Positions 21,450 to 30,855 of a DNA stretch of 64,000 nucleotides are shown here, one piece after another. Under the pieces are notes generated by a model that was given only the letters and a program-made list of their open reading frames with translations, was not told where the DNA came from and did no database searches. Each line of letters starts with the position of its first letter. Position 1 is the stretch's first letter. Source of the stretch: Nitrospirota bacterium (GTDB lineage: Bacteria > Nitrospirota > UBA9217); contig CAVUCU010000004.1 of NCBI GenBank assembly GCA_963740085.1, forward strand, positions 706,011 to 770,010, given 5' to 3'. Position numbers and translations under genes: made by a program.

Positions 21450-22190
21450 CTAAAGATTCCCCGGGGCTTGAAGTTCCTTCATCACGCTCTCTCTGATGAT
21501 TTCACGGATCAGCGCGAGATCCGCCTCGCTTATCTGAGTGAATTTCATTCCCATCCCGGGGACCGTATACTGTCCCCCGGCCTTCTTCGTACTGAAAAGG
21601 ACGAGCGCAGTCGCCTCGATCTCCCGGTCGCCCAGGATAAGGGTAAGCGGAACAAGGGCGTTGACCGGCAACGGGTCAGGCGTCTTCACGTACAGACCTC
21701 CTTCGGAAAGACTGGTCACCTCTTCGATCCTGGTTTGGCCGCCTGCAGCCGGTCCCGTCTCCAGCCGGGCCTTGAACGAGGTATTGATGCGGATATTCTG
21801 ACGCGGAGTTGTTTCAGAAGCGGATTGAATCGCGCGGAAAAGCGCATCGGGGTCGACGGGTTTTGTGAAAAAACCGGCGCAGCCGGCCCGCGTGCAGGCT
21901 TCCCTGTTCGCTGCGTTTTTGTCCGCGGTATTGATCATGACCGGGATGAATCGAAGGCTCGCATTGTTCTTGATCTGTTTCAGAAGGTCAAGACCGCTCA
22001 TCTTCGGCAGGACGATATCCGTGATCACGACAGTAGGCGCGGAACGGGCTATCTTTTCCAGCGCGTCTTCGCCGCTGGAAACAGACTGGACTGCATACCG
22101 AAGCTCCCTCAGCAGCGATGCAATGTAGAAAATGGACGAGGGGCTTTTGTCCACAACCAGGATCGTGCGTTTCTCCGGCTCCATATTCAC
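21450..22190 (-). CDS. Response regulator receiver + PilZ domain protein
   Basis: ILVVD...VITDIVLPKMSG...TKP receiver; RQNIR...SLSEGG...GMGMKF PilZ. Confidence 0.8.
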   Translation of the reverse strand: MNMEPEKRTILVVDKSPSSIFYIASLLRELRYAVQSVSSGEDALEKIARSAPTVVITDIVLPKMSGLDLLKQIKNNASLRFIPVMINTADKNAANREACTRAGCAGFFTKPVDPDALFRAIQSASETTPRQNIRINTSFKARLETGPAAGGQTRIEEVTSLSEGGLYVKTPDPLPVNALVPLTLILGDREIEATALVLFSTKKAGGQYTVPGMGMKFTQISEADLALIREIIRESVMKELQAPGNL

Positions 22191-22378
22191 CTCACGATTT
22201 GTGTATCAAAAAACGTTGAGAACCGTTGGTATTGTGATAAAAGGCAACGGCGTATCCCATTGCGGGGCGGGGCGAGTCATGCCGGGACGGTAGCATACAA
22301 ACAGGTGAATGTCAAAATAAAATACGTCAATTACTCTGCCGCTCATAGTACTTTACGTTATAATACGCTCAAGGGGTC

Positions 22379-22720
22379 ATGATGAGTGCAAAACCCAAAG
22401 AACCGTTTACGCCTCCTTCGATGCATGATACGATCAGGCAGGAGCTCATTGCAGCGCTGCTGGAGGGGCCCTGCTCTGCCCGGGAGCTGTCGGCGGCAGC
22501 CGGGACGCCGGAGCGCGAGGTGCCGGTCCATCTTGAACATGTCAGAAGATCGATTACACCGTCAGGACAGCGTCTGACCGTTGTCCCGGCGCAATGTAAA
22601 AAGTGCGGCTTTGTCTTTTCAAAACGCGAAAAGCTGAAGAGGCCGGGGAAGTGTCCGGTCTGCAAAGGCGAGTCGATCCGGGAACCCCGGTTCATGATCG
22701 AGCGGTGCAGGGACGATTGA
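22379..22720 (+). CDS. HTH + Zn-ribbon transcriptional regulator-like protein
   Basis: TIRQ..SARELS..HLEH HTH; CKKCGF...CPVCK Zn ribbon. Confidence 0.7.
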   Translation: MMSAKPKEPFTPPSMHDTIRQELIAALLEGPCSARELSAAAGTPEREVPVHLEHVRRSITPSGQRLTVVPAQCKKCGFVFSKREKLKRPGKCPVCKGESIREPRFMIERCRDD

Positions 22721-22878
22721 CTGCAAAAAAATCTGGGGATTGCCAAAAATAAAAAGACCCGACCCCCGGCTGTTTTGTTTTTGCGAACATCGTGCTTGAC
22801 ATGCACATAAGGCGGTGGTAGGATTTTTCCTACAGCGCCGATGTGCTGAACTATTTTAATACAGGAGGGGTAAAGAAC

Positions 22879-23166
22879 ATGAAAAAGCGTGGGGTTATTC
22901 TGGTCCTTGTTGCGGTGATCCTTATGGTCGTTGCCGGTGTTGCATTCGCAATGGAAATGTCCGGAACCGTATCGGCAGTGGATACTGCGAAAGGAACGAT
23001 GACGATCAAGAATGAGAAGGTTGACGTCGGATTTGATTGCGAGGAAGGTTCCCTGATGAAGGACGTTAAGGTTGGAGAAATGGTAACCGTCCAGTATAAT
23101 GAAGTTAATGGAAAAAAGAAGGTTACGAAGATCACCCCGAAGAAAAAGGCTGCTGTCGGCTGTTGA
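22879..23166 (+). CDS. Small exported hypothetical protein (OB-fold-like; C-terminal KKKAAVGC)
   Basis: AGGAGG RBS, signal peptide ending AFA. Confidence 0.75.
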   Translation: MKKRGVILVLVAVILMVVAGVAFAMEMSGTVSAVDTAKGTMTIKNEKVDVGFDCEEGSLMKDVKVGEMVTVQYNEVNGKKKVTKITPKKKAAVGC

Positions 23167-23173
23167 TGAATTC

Positions 23174-23209
23174 CTGCATGGGGGCAGGCACGAGCCTGCC
23201 CCCATGCAG
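23174..23209 (+). terminator. Strong hairpin after the small exported protein
   Basis: ctgcatgggggcaggc-acga-gcctgcccccatgcag perfect 16-bp stem; weak U-tract. Confidence 0.55.
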
Positions 23210-23721
23210 CCTGTTGGCGGTTTTTCTCCAGACTTTTCCCTCTCTTGTCCTTGTCCACGTTCTTGACGCAGTTTATCCCATCTAAGACCTTAAAACGTCA
23301 GATGTCCCCAATTCAATCCTGATCCGCCCCGGGTGTCCGTTACGATAGGTCTAGCCCCTACCCGCCTCCACCAATTAGTGAATTCAAGCTCTTCATGGAA
23401 GCCGTAATTGTTCCTTGCCTTCCGTCAGGCTGGATAGGCTCCCGGCCAGCCTCTTTCTGCCCCCTCTTTCCGACTTTTTGCAGATATCATTCCGTTCTTG
23501 CCTGTTTCCCGAACAGAGTGCTATAGTATAAGAAAGAAGATTCGCGAAAAGCGGTCCCGGTGCATCGTGCGCTGCCGAATATCGGGATTTTCCCATTCAT
23601 TCCACGCCTGATTTTCCGCCTATCGATCTTGAATCTACGGTGGACAAGAAGGAGGGTTGAAAGCATGCGTGAAGAAAGGGCGCTCAACCCTATTGAGTGA
23701 CAGAAGAAAGGAATGATCGTC

Positions 23722-24003
23722 ATGAAAATTGAACTCATACAGAGGAAAAGATCGATCCTGATACCCGTTCTGATAGGCGGTGTCGTGGGGGCGGGGTTAG
23801 CGCTCTTGTTCGCGCCGAAATCGGGCCCCGATATCAGAAAAGACATGAAGCGGTTGGCCTTGAGCACAGGAGAGCAGGTTGCATCCGCAGTTGACAAGGG
23901 CAAGGATGTCCTCAAGGCAGGCAAAGGCGCGATAACTGCGGCAGTAGAGTCAGGCAACATAGAGTACTACGAAGGAAAAGACAAGTTCGAGCATGCTGTG
24001 TAG
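23722..24003 (+). CDS. YtxH domain protein
   Basis: LIGGVVGAGLALLFAPKSG.DIR motif. Confidence 0.8.
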   Translation: MKIELIQRKRSILIPVLIGGVVGAGLALLFAPKSGPDIRKDMKRLALSTGEQVASAVDKGKDVLKAGKGAITAAVESGNIEYYEGKDKFEHAV

Positions 24004-24246
24004 CAGTATGCGTTTTCGGGAGAGACGTGTTCAAGCAGGCGTATCAGGTAACGAGGCACCGGGCATTCGTCCGGTGCCTCTTCTTGTCTCACCCGGAGGC
24101 GCAACGAACGCCCCGGAACAGCCTCGAGCTGCCCGTTAAAGGAATGGACCGGGAATTCCATAAGGCGTAGAACCGTTTTAGGAACCGTTTCGTGTCAGGT
24201 CTTTTCTTTTGTGATCAAAAAGGGGAATATCAAAAAAGACCATACC

Positions 24247-25779
24247 CTATGATGTTTCGGGACCGCCTGTACGGCCGGATCTCAGCGGATGCTCCGGGAG
24301 GAAGAGCACCAGCAGAAAGGCCAGGGACGTGATGACGGCGCCGACGAGGAACGTGGTGCTGATCGCGTGGCGGTAGGCCCCGATCACGATCTCCCGCTGG
24401 GCATCCGGGAGCGCGGCGATATCCTGGATCCCCTGCTCCATGAGCGCGCGGCCTCGCTTGAGGAGTCCGGTCCCCTGTTCCATGTTCAGGTTCCGGAGCT
24501 GGGCCGTCATGAGGGCGCCGGACAGGGCAACGCCGAAGGTGCCGCCCAACTGTCGGAAGAACGCCGCTGTCGCCGTTGCCGCGCCCTGCTCGCGGGCGCC
24601 CACCGCGTTCTGCAGGGCGACGACGAGATTGGGCATGACCAGGCCGAAGCCGCACCCGAGAACGACGAGCGATGCCTCTATCACGCCGATACCCGCGTTC
24701 GACGCGGCCGCCCACATCACGACGATAAAGGAAAGCGAGGCGCAGCCCAGGCCGACGACGGGGTATATCTTGTACTTGCCGGTCCGGGAAACGAGACGAC
24801 CGCCGATAAAGGACGTCGCGATCAGCCCGCCGGTCATGGGCGCAAGCATGAGCCCGGCCCTGGCGGGCACCATGCCCATGACGAGCTGGAAGAAGAGGGG
24901 CAGGAATACGAAAGCGCCGAAGATCCCCATGAAGGCGAGCCCCATCACCGCAGAAGCGATCACCACGGTCCTGTTGTGGAAGATGTGCGGCGAGAGCACC
25001 GGCTCCAGAGAACGCCGCTCCGTACGGATGAGAAGAACAATGAGCACCACGGATGCCATGGCAAGCCCGATAATCAGCGGGGACGACCACGGGAACTGCA
25101 CGCCGCCCCAGGACAGGACAAGGAGCAGGGCCACGGTGGCCGAGGTGAGAAGCGCAACCGCCGTGTAATCGATGCGGTGCTGGACCTTGTGATGGGGCCT
25201 GTGGAACCCTAAGGCGATCATGGCAAGGGCCGGAATACCCACGGGCACATTCACGTAGAAGATCCAGCGCCACGACAACGCGCTCGTGATGAACCCTCCC
25301 AGGAGCGGTCCGGCAATGCTCGAGAATGCGAAGACCGCGCCGAAGAGCCCCTGGTAGCGGCCGCGCTCGCGGGGCGCCACCAGGTCTGCGATCGTGGTCT
25401 GGGCGAGTACCATAAGGCCGCCCGCCCCCATGCCCTGGATGCCGCGGAAGACCACGAGCTCGGTCATAGAGCGGGACAGGCCGCAGAGGCAGGAGCCGGT
25501 CAGGAATATGGCGATCGCGATGATAAAGAGCGGCTTTCTGCCGTACATGTCCGAGAGCTTTCCGTAGAGCGGCGTCGTTGCCGTCGAGGTCACGAGAAAG
25601 GACGTGATGACCCACGACAGATGATTAAGACCGCCCAGCTCGCTCACGATCTGCGGCAAGGCCACACCCACGATGTTCTGGTCGAGCGACGCCAGTGCGA
25701 GCGCCAGCATCAGGCCGCCGAACACGATCCGGACCTCGCGGGGCGTCGGCGGCGCTGTTTCATGAAGTTCAGAAGACAT
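24247..25779 (-). CDS. MFS drug:H+ antiporter (DHA2/EmrB-QacA family)
   Basis: LDQNIV, GKLSDMYGRK, FRGIQGMGAGG, WRWIFYVNVP; about 14 TM segments. Confidence 0.9.
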   Translation of the reverse strand: MSSELHETAPPTPREVRIVFGGLMLALALASLDQNIVGVALPQIVSELGGLNHLSWVITSFLVTSTATTPLYGKLSDMYGRKPLFIIAIAIFLTGSCLCGLSRSMTELVVFRGIQGMGAGGLMVLAQTTIADLVAPRERGRYQGLFGAVFAFSSIAGPLLGGFITSALSWRWIFYVNVPVGIPALAMIALGFHRPHHKVQHRIDYTAVALLTSATVALLLVLSWGGVQFPWSSPLIIGLAMASVVLIVLLIRTERRSLEPVLSPHIFHNRTVVIASAVMGLAFMGIFGAFVFLPLFFQLVMGMVPARAGLMLAPMTGGLIATSFIGGRLVSRTGKYKIYPVVGLGCASLSFIVVMWAAASNAGIGVIEASLVVLGCGFGLVMPNLVVALQNAVGAREQGAATATAAFFRQLGGTFGVALSGALMTAQLRNLNMEQGTGLLKRGRALMEQGIQDIAALPDAQREIVIGAYRHAISTTFLVGAVITSLAFLLVLFLPEHPLRSGRTGGPETS

Positions 25780-25866
25780 GATCGAGGAAGTATAAGGGGC
25801 TGCGTTCTTTTGTCAAGGGAGAATTTTCGAAGTGCGCTTTATCTCCGGGAGGTGTCCGGTTTTCCG

Positions 25867-26736
25867 CTACTTCTTCTCATTCAAAATCTTATACACTGCC
25901 GAGAAATCCTGTTCACCCAGGCCGTTCCGGACGGCGAGGGCATAGATCTCTTTCACCACGTTTGCCGCGGGTATGGCCACTCCCGCTTCGTATGCCGTAT
26001 CGGCAGCAAGCTGCAGGTCCTTGTGCATCCACTGGAGCGGGAATTCGGCATCGAACGTCCCTGTCTCGATCTTCCCCCGTTTGAACGCAAGGAACGGTGC
26101 TGCGACCGGCGAGCCCAGGATCGTGTCGAACAGCATGTCCTTTGAAATGCCGAGAGTTTCTCCGAAAACCGCGGCTTCGGAGAACGCGAGCATTGCCTGG
26201 GCAAGAATAAGATTATTCACCATCTTCATCGATGAGCCCATGCCGTGGCCGCCGATATGATACACGGCTTTCCCCATGGCATCGAGAAGCGGCCGCGCCT
26301 CTTCCACGTCCCCGCTCTCGCCTCCTACGAAGAACAGGAGCTGTCCCTGCTCGGCCGGACCCTTGGACCCGCCGACCGGCGCGTCGATGAACCTGACCCT
26401 GCGTTGTTTCGCTTCGGAAGCCAAAAGCCTGGAGAAGGAAGGGTTTACCGTGCTGCAGTCGATCCAGAGAGACTTGTCGACCAGGTGGTTCAAAAAACCG
26501 TATTTCCCGAGCAGGGCTGTTTCCGCGACCGCGTCCGGTTTCGCGAGCATGGTGAAGATGATCGTCACCTGTTTTGCCACGTCCAACGGCGTGGGCGCCC
26601 AGAGCGCACCGTTCGCGACCAGCGTCTCCGCTTTCTGTTTTGTCCGATTGTAGACAACGAGCTCATGTCCCTTTTTCTGCAAATTGGCGGCCATTCGGCT
26701 GCCCATGATCCCCAGTCCGATAAAACCGATCTTCAT
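25867..26736 (-). CDS. NAD(P)-dependent beta-hydroxyacid dehydrogenase (3-hydroxyisobutyrate DH family)
   Basis: GFIGLGIMG, DAPVGGS, KMVNN, KDL. Confidence 0.88.
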   Translation of the reverse strand: MKIGFIGLGIMGSRMAANLQKKGHELVVYNRTKQKAETLVANGALWAPTPLDVAKQVTIIFTMLAKPDAVAETALLGKYGFLNHLVDKSLWIDCSTVNPSFSRLLASEAKQRRVRFIDAPVGGSKGPAEQGQLLFFVGGESGDVEEARPLLDAMGKAVYHIGGHGMGSSMKMVNNLILAQAMLAFSEAAVFGETLGISKDMLFDTILGSPVAAPFLAFKRGKIETGTFDAEFPLQWMHKDLQLAADTAYEAGVAIPAANVVKEIYALAVRNGLGEQDFSAVYKILNEKK

Positions 26737-26864
26737 AATAAATAAGCTCCTCTCCCGTTATAGAGAATACAGATACCGCACGCCCTGGCCTTCCCTTGCC
26801 GCAAAGGTTTGGTTTAATTTTACCACAGGAGAACACAGGGAGCGGGATATGGCCCATTTTTTTA

Positions 26865-27158
26865 TCTGCCGTTCCCCTGCGACGGGCAGCTCTGACACAA
26901 GAGACACGCATAGCAATGCTGCACAGATCATAGTTACAGGAACAAGACAAGGCAGACACACGCCCTGCACTCGCGACGTAGCACTCGTAAACGCTGGGTG
27001 CAGGCGGCCGGGCCCTGTTTTAAAGGGCGAGGGTGGAGTGACGCGAGTCCCGCATATCAGGGTGGAGGTACGGTACCTCTTCCCGTCATGCAAAGCCAAC
27101 CTCGAATGCTTCTATCGGGGGTGGCCGAATGATGAGCTGCCCAAAATAATCAATGCAC
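26865..27158 (+). ncRNA. Putative structured ncRNA/dispersed element, type A, full copy A1
   Basis: Near-identical to 28748-29000 and rc(56184-56448); GGGCAGCTC(26884)/GAGCTGCCC(27134) pairing with CTGA/ATGATGA K-turn; several hairpins. Confidence 0.65.
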
Positions 27159-27272
27159 CTCGTTCGTCTCCCTCGTCCGTCATTGCAAATGCCGCCCCCC
27201 TCACGGTTGACGGCTGGGACAAAAGCGGATAGACTAAGTAACAGAAGCGACGTGTTTTAATGGGAGGGTCTC

Positions 27273-28727
27273 ATGCATACGGGTTGTTTCATCGGCATTG
27301 ATCAGGGGAGCAGCGCTACCAAGGCCATGGCCATCAGCACCGAAGGACAGGTGCTCTTCCAGGTCCGGAAGGACCTTGCGCCGCCTTTTCGGGACGGGAA
27401 CCGCATCGAGCATGATGCACAAGAGATCCTCCGGTCGATCTCCGATGCCCTGAACGAATCCATTCAGGCAGTCCAGGACTCCGGCGTTCGGGTCCTGGGC
27501 GTCGGGTTCTCATGCCAACGCTCCTCCTGCCTCGCCTGGAACGGATCAACAGGGGCCCCTCTCACACCGGTGATCAGCTGGCGCGATACCCGGGGGAGCG
27601 AACTCATCGAGACCCTCAGGGACCGGGGGCCGGAGATCCTTCGAAGGTCCGGCCTTCCACTCACGCCCTACTATTCCGCCTCGAAGCTGCGATGGATCAG
27701 GGACACCTTGGCAGCCGCAGGACAGACGGACGCGGTATACGGGACGCTCAGCAGTTTTCTGGTCCGGCATCTCACCGGGAACACAACGGACGCGATCGAT
27801 CACACCCATGCCGCCCGCACCCAGCTCATGAACATCAAAACGATTTCGTGGGACGAGGAGCTGATCGGGATCTTCGGTCTTACCGACATCACACTTCCGA
27901 GGATCGTACCCTCGGCGCGCGCCTTCGGGAACGCGCACAGCCCGGCGGGAGATGTCCCCCTGCTCGCCTGTCTCGGCGACCAGCAGGCGGCCATGATCGG
28001 GCTCGGTGTTTTCGAAAAGGGTGACGCGGGGATCAATCTCGGGACAGGCGGATTTCTGATGCTGAACACCGGCGCCGGACTCGTACCTGCCGAAGGACTC
28101 ATGGCATCCGTGCAGTATTCAGATGAAAAAGGACTGCATTATCTGCTCGAAGGAAGCGTGAACGCCGTTGGCGACGCCCTCGAATGGACAAGGACGAACC
28201 TCGGCCTCTTCAAAGAGTACGAGGAGATGGACGACCTCTGCTGGAAGGCCGCGACCGACACCATAGCATTCATCGGCCTGAACGGCACCGGCTCGCCGCA
28301 CTGGGAAACGAACATCTCGAGCGCTTTCCACGGTCTGGGGCCGGAGAGCACCTCGGCGGACATGGTGCGCGCCGTTGTGGAGGGCATCGTATTCTTCATC
28401 AAGGACATCGCCGAGGAGGTCCGCAAGAATGGGATCGAACCCGGGAAATTCGTACTCGCCGGAGGACTGTCCACCCTCACCTATCTCAGCCAGGTACTGG
28501 CCGATATCCTCAAAACGGACGTCCGCGTCAGCGCCGGCAGGGAGGCCTCGGCCCTGGGCGCTGCATTTCTGGCAGGCATTCAACACGGTGCGTGGAAGGC
28601 CGATGACATCAGGAGAATGGCGGCGCAGGGCGAGGTGGTGCACGGCGAGGCGAACCCCGGACTTGAAAGACGATATAAAAAGTGGAAGGAACTGCACCGG
28701 ATGACAAGACAGATCGACAGGATGTGA
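27273..28727 (+). CDS. FGGY family carbohydrate kinase (glycerol kinase-like)
   Basis: IGIDQGSSATK, QRSS, ISWRDTR, YYSASKL, ARTQL, GDQQAA, GTGGF. Confidence 0.88.
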   Translation: MHTGCFIGIDQGSSATKAMAISTEGQVLFQVRKDLAPPFRDGNRIEHDAQEILRSISDALNESIQAVQDSGVRVLGVGFSCQRSSCLAWNGSTGAPLTPVISWRDTRGSELIETLRDRGPEILRRSGLPLTPYYSASKLRWIRDTLAAAGQTDAVYGTLSSFLVRHLTGNTTDAIDHTHAARTQLMNIKTISWDEELIGIFGLTDITLPRIVPSARAFGNAHSPAGDVPLLACLGDQQAAMIGLGVFEKGDAGINLGTGGFLMLNTGAGLVPAEGLMASVQYSDEKGLHYLLEGSVNAVGDALEWTRTNLGLFKEYEEMDDLCWKAATDTIAFIGLNGTGSPHWETNISSAFHGLGPESTSADMVRAVVEGIVFFIKDIAEEVRKNGIEPGKFVLAGGLSTLTYLSQVLADILKTDVRVSAGREASALGAAFLAGIQHGAWKADDIRRMAAQGEVVHGEANPGLERRYKKWKELHRMTRQIDRM

Positions 28728-28747
28728 TCAGCCGGTGCTGTTTTTGA

Positions 28748-29000
28748 TCTTGCCTTTTCCCTGCGCCGGGCAGCTCTGACGCGAAAGACGCGCATAGCAA
28801 TGCTCCACAGATCCTCGTTACGAGAACAAGACAAGGCAGACACGCCCTGCACTCGCGACGTAGCACTCGTAAACGCCGGGTGCAGGCGGCCGAGCCAGGC
28901 TTCCCGGGCGAGGGTGGAGTGATGCGAGTCCTGCATATCAGGGAAGAGATACTGTACCTGTCCGCCATGCTGCGCGGCCGCGTGATGAGCTGCCCAAAAA
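28748..29000 (+). ncRNA. Putative structured ncRNA/dispersed element, type A, full copy A2
   Basis: Direct repeat of A1; GGGCAGCTC(28768)/GAGCTGCCC(28987); CGCGCA(28789)/TGCGCG(28971). Confidence 0.65.
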
Positions 29001-29073
29001 GAACACCAACTCACTGAGTTTAAGCTGGGAGGTAAATCGAACAACCCAAATAAACGCGTGAAGGTCCTCTTCT

Positions 29074-30609
29074 TTAATTCTGTCCTTTTTTAATTTCTTT
29101 TTGCCCCATTTCCTCTTTCCAGCGCGCGGGAAAAATAAAACGGACCGTCGTTCCCGCACCCAGCTCACTATCCAGGGTGATCTCGCCCATATGCTCTGTA
29201 ATGATCTGCCTGACCAGCGGAAGCCCCATTCCAGTCCTTCCCTTCGTGCTGTAAAAGGGTTCAAAGATCCTGTGAAGCTCTTCGGGGGTCAGTCCCTTCC
29301 CGGTGTCCTTGATCGTCAAAGAGAGGTTGTCATCCTTTTCTCCGGTTTTAATGATTATTTCACCCCCGGGCGTCGACGCGTCTACCGCATTCCCGATGAT
29401 GTGCTGTATGGATATCTTGATGAGCTGTCTGTTTGCATTGAACATGAGCTGCTTATCGTGCAGTTTCACCACGAGCCTCAGGCCGGCGTCCTTGATCTTG
29501 CGCTCCATAAGCCCCACGATCGTTGAGGTGATCTCGTTCAGGTCTTCGCGCTCGAACAAAAATCTCTTGCTTTTTACCAGGGCGTCAAAATCGGCGACGA
29601 TCGTTTCCATCCTCATGCATTCGTCCAGGATCATCTGAAATTTCTTTGCGGAAAGCCCCTCGATCTCTTTTTTTGAGAGCTGCCGGCAGAGTCCTCCGAT
29701 GACCGTTATCGGGTTCCGTATGCGGTCCGCGACCTTCAATCCGAACATCACCATTGTGCGTTCGGCAACGATATCCTCCATCTCATGGTTCAGATTCATG
29801 ACCTCCCTGTTTACGCTCTCAATAATATTTCTATCAGATTCGATCTTCCCGTAGAACCACTCGAACCTCATGTTGATGAGGTAAAAAACAATGGCAAAAA
29901 AGACCGTATAAAGCCCGATAAAGACCGCAACCGTCCGCCTGGCCTCTCCAAGAGCTACATGCACGGGAATATACACCATGAGGGCATCCACCCGCTCACC
30001 TACCTTCATCTGAAAACCTGCGTTAGCCCCGTATTGCGCCACCATTTCTTTCGGCGCCGCTTGAGGGTCGCCGTGACAGGAAAGACAGGACTCCTGAATG
30101 GGCAAACCGGCCCGGGCAAGGACATAATAATGAGCATCCTGTTCTTCTATGAGCCCTTTCCATTCCGAGATGCCGCTTTTGCTCCTGAATTCGTTGATGA
30201 TCCGCGTTTCAAGTTCATCGGCTCTATTTAAGGGATTTTTCGGATTCAAAGAGGCATTTTTAAAGCGATGACCGGGGAGCTCCTTCAGAACCCTGCGAGA
30301 AATGCTTCTCGCAATATAAGACCTCGACATACCCTGAATAATGAACCTGCCCGGCAGTTCCTTCTGTAAGACGGGTCTCAGTTCCTCGGCGACATAATGT
30401 CTTGTTTCTTCATAGGATCTTAGATACAGACTGGCGGTGTTATACGCATTGTCAATCGCATGCTGTTTGAGGATGTAATACGTAATGACGGAGATTATCG
30501 GCAGGGAGATAATATAGATCAGGGTCATGAGGGCGGCAAACCGTTTTTTTTGATTCAACTTTTCCCAGAGCACCGCGATAGGTAATTTTTTAAATGCGTT
30601 CATCGTCAT
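29074..30609 (-). CDS. Membrane sensor histidine kinase-like protein with Tll0287/DUF3365 heme-c domain
   Basis: TM, ASLNPKNPLNRAD, CLSCHG heme motif, TM, HisKA-like ADRIRNP, HATPase N/G boxes. Confidence 0.85.
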   Translation of the reverse strand: MTMNAFKKLPIAVLWEKLNQKKRFAALMTLIYIISLPIISVITYYILKQHAIDNAYNTASLYLRSYEETRHYVAEELRPVLQKELPGRFIIQGMSRSYIARSISRRVLKELPGHRFKNASLNPKNPLNRADELETRIINEFRSKSGISEWKGLIEEQDAHYYVLARAGLPIQESCLSCHGDPQAAPKEMVAQYGANAGFQMKVGERVDALMVYIPVHVALGEARRTVAVFIGLYTVFFAIVFYLINMRFEWFYGKIESDRNIIESVNREVMNLNHEMEDIVAERTMVMFGLKVADRIRNPITVIGGLCRQLSKKEIEGLSAKKFQMILDECMRMETIVADFDALVKSKRFLFEREDLNEITSTIVGLMERKIKDAGLRLVVKLHDKQLMFNANRQLIKISIQHIIGNAVDASTPGGEIIIKTGEKDDNLSLTIKDTGKGLTPEELHRIFEPFYSTKGRTGMGLPLVRQIITEHMGEITLDSELGAGTTVRFIFPARWKEEMGQKEIKKGQN

Positions 30610-30855
30610 TACCTGCGGAACAGCAGAAGCGTTGCGGATAAGGTCTTCTCACCATGCAGCTGATGATCGAGCAATGAAAACAGCTATCCACTCACCACGT
30701 GACGTAATGTGATAAACGGTACCAGCGCGTTCTCTGCGAAGGAGGGGTCATGCTGAAAGGATAGCAAGGAGAAAGCGTAATGTCAATTCGGAAGACCAGA
30801 CCGGATGACGAGAGAGATGGATAGGGTGTGAAAATGGGCGCCCCTGAGAATCGCC

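Noticed and set aside
23161-23209. Selenocysteine read-through at GC-TGA with SECIS-like hairpin
   Set aside because: Tandem TGA TGA and a perfect GC stem fit an ordinary stop plus terminator; no supporting evidence
26884-27142. Classical MITE with GGGCAGCTC terminal inverted repeats
   Set aside because: Homology extends about 20 nt beyond the inverted repeat on the 5' side and about 15 nt on the 3' side, no target duplication is visible, and type B replaces the repeat sequence entirely
26758-27232. ORFs overlapping the A/B elements (26758-27099, 28580-29044, 56189-56515, 58556-58804) sharing the peptide GRLHPAFTSATSRVQGV
   Set aside because: The similarity is the DNA repeat itself; frames break by indels between copies and there is no common start, stop or RBS
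26865-29000. Known riboswitch (SAM-I, cobalamin, lysine, c-di-GMP, T-box) for type A
   Set aside because: Hallmark cores not found by eye; several copies point into gene 3' ends; downstream genes are unrelated
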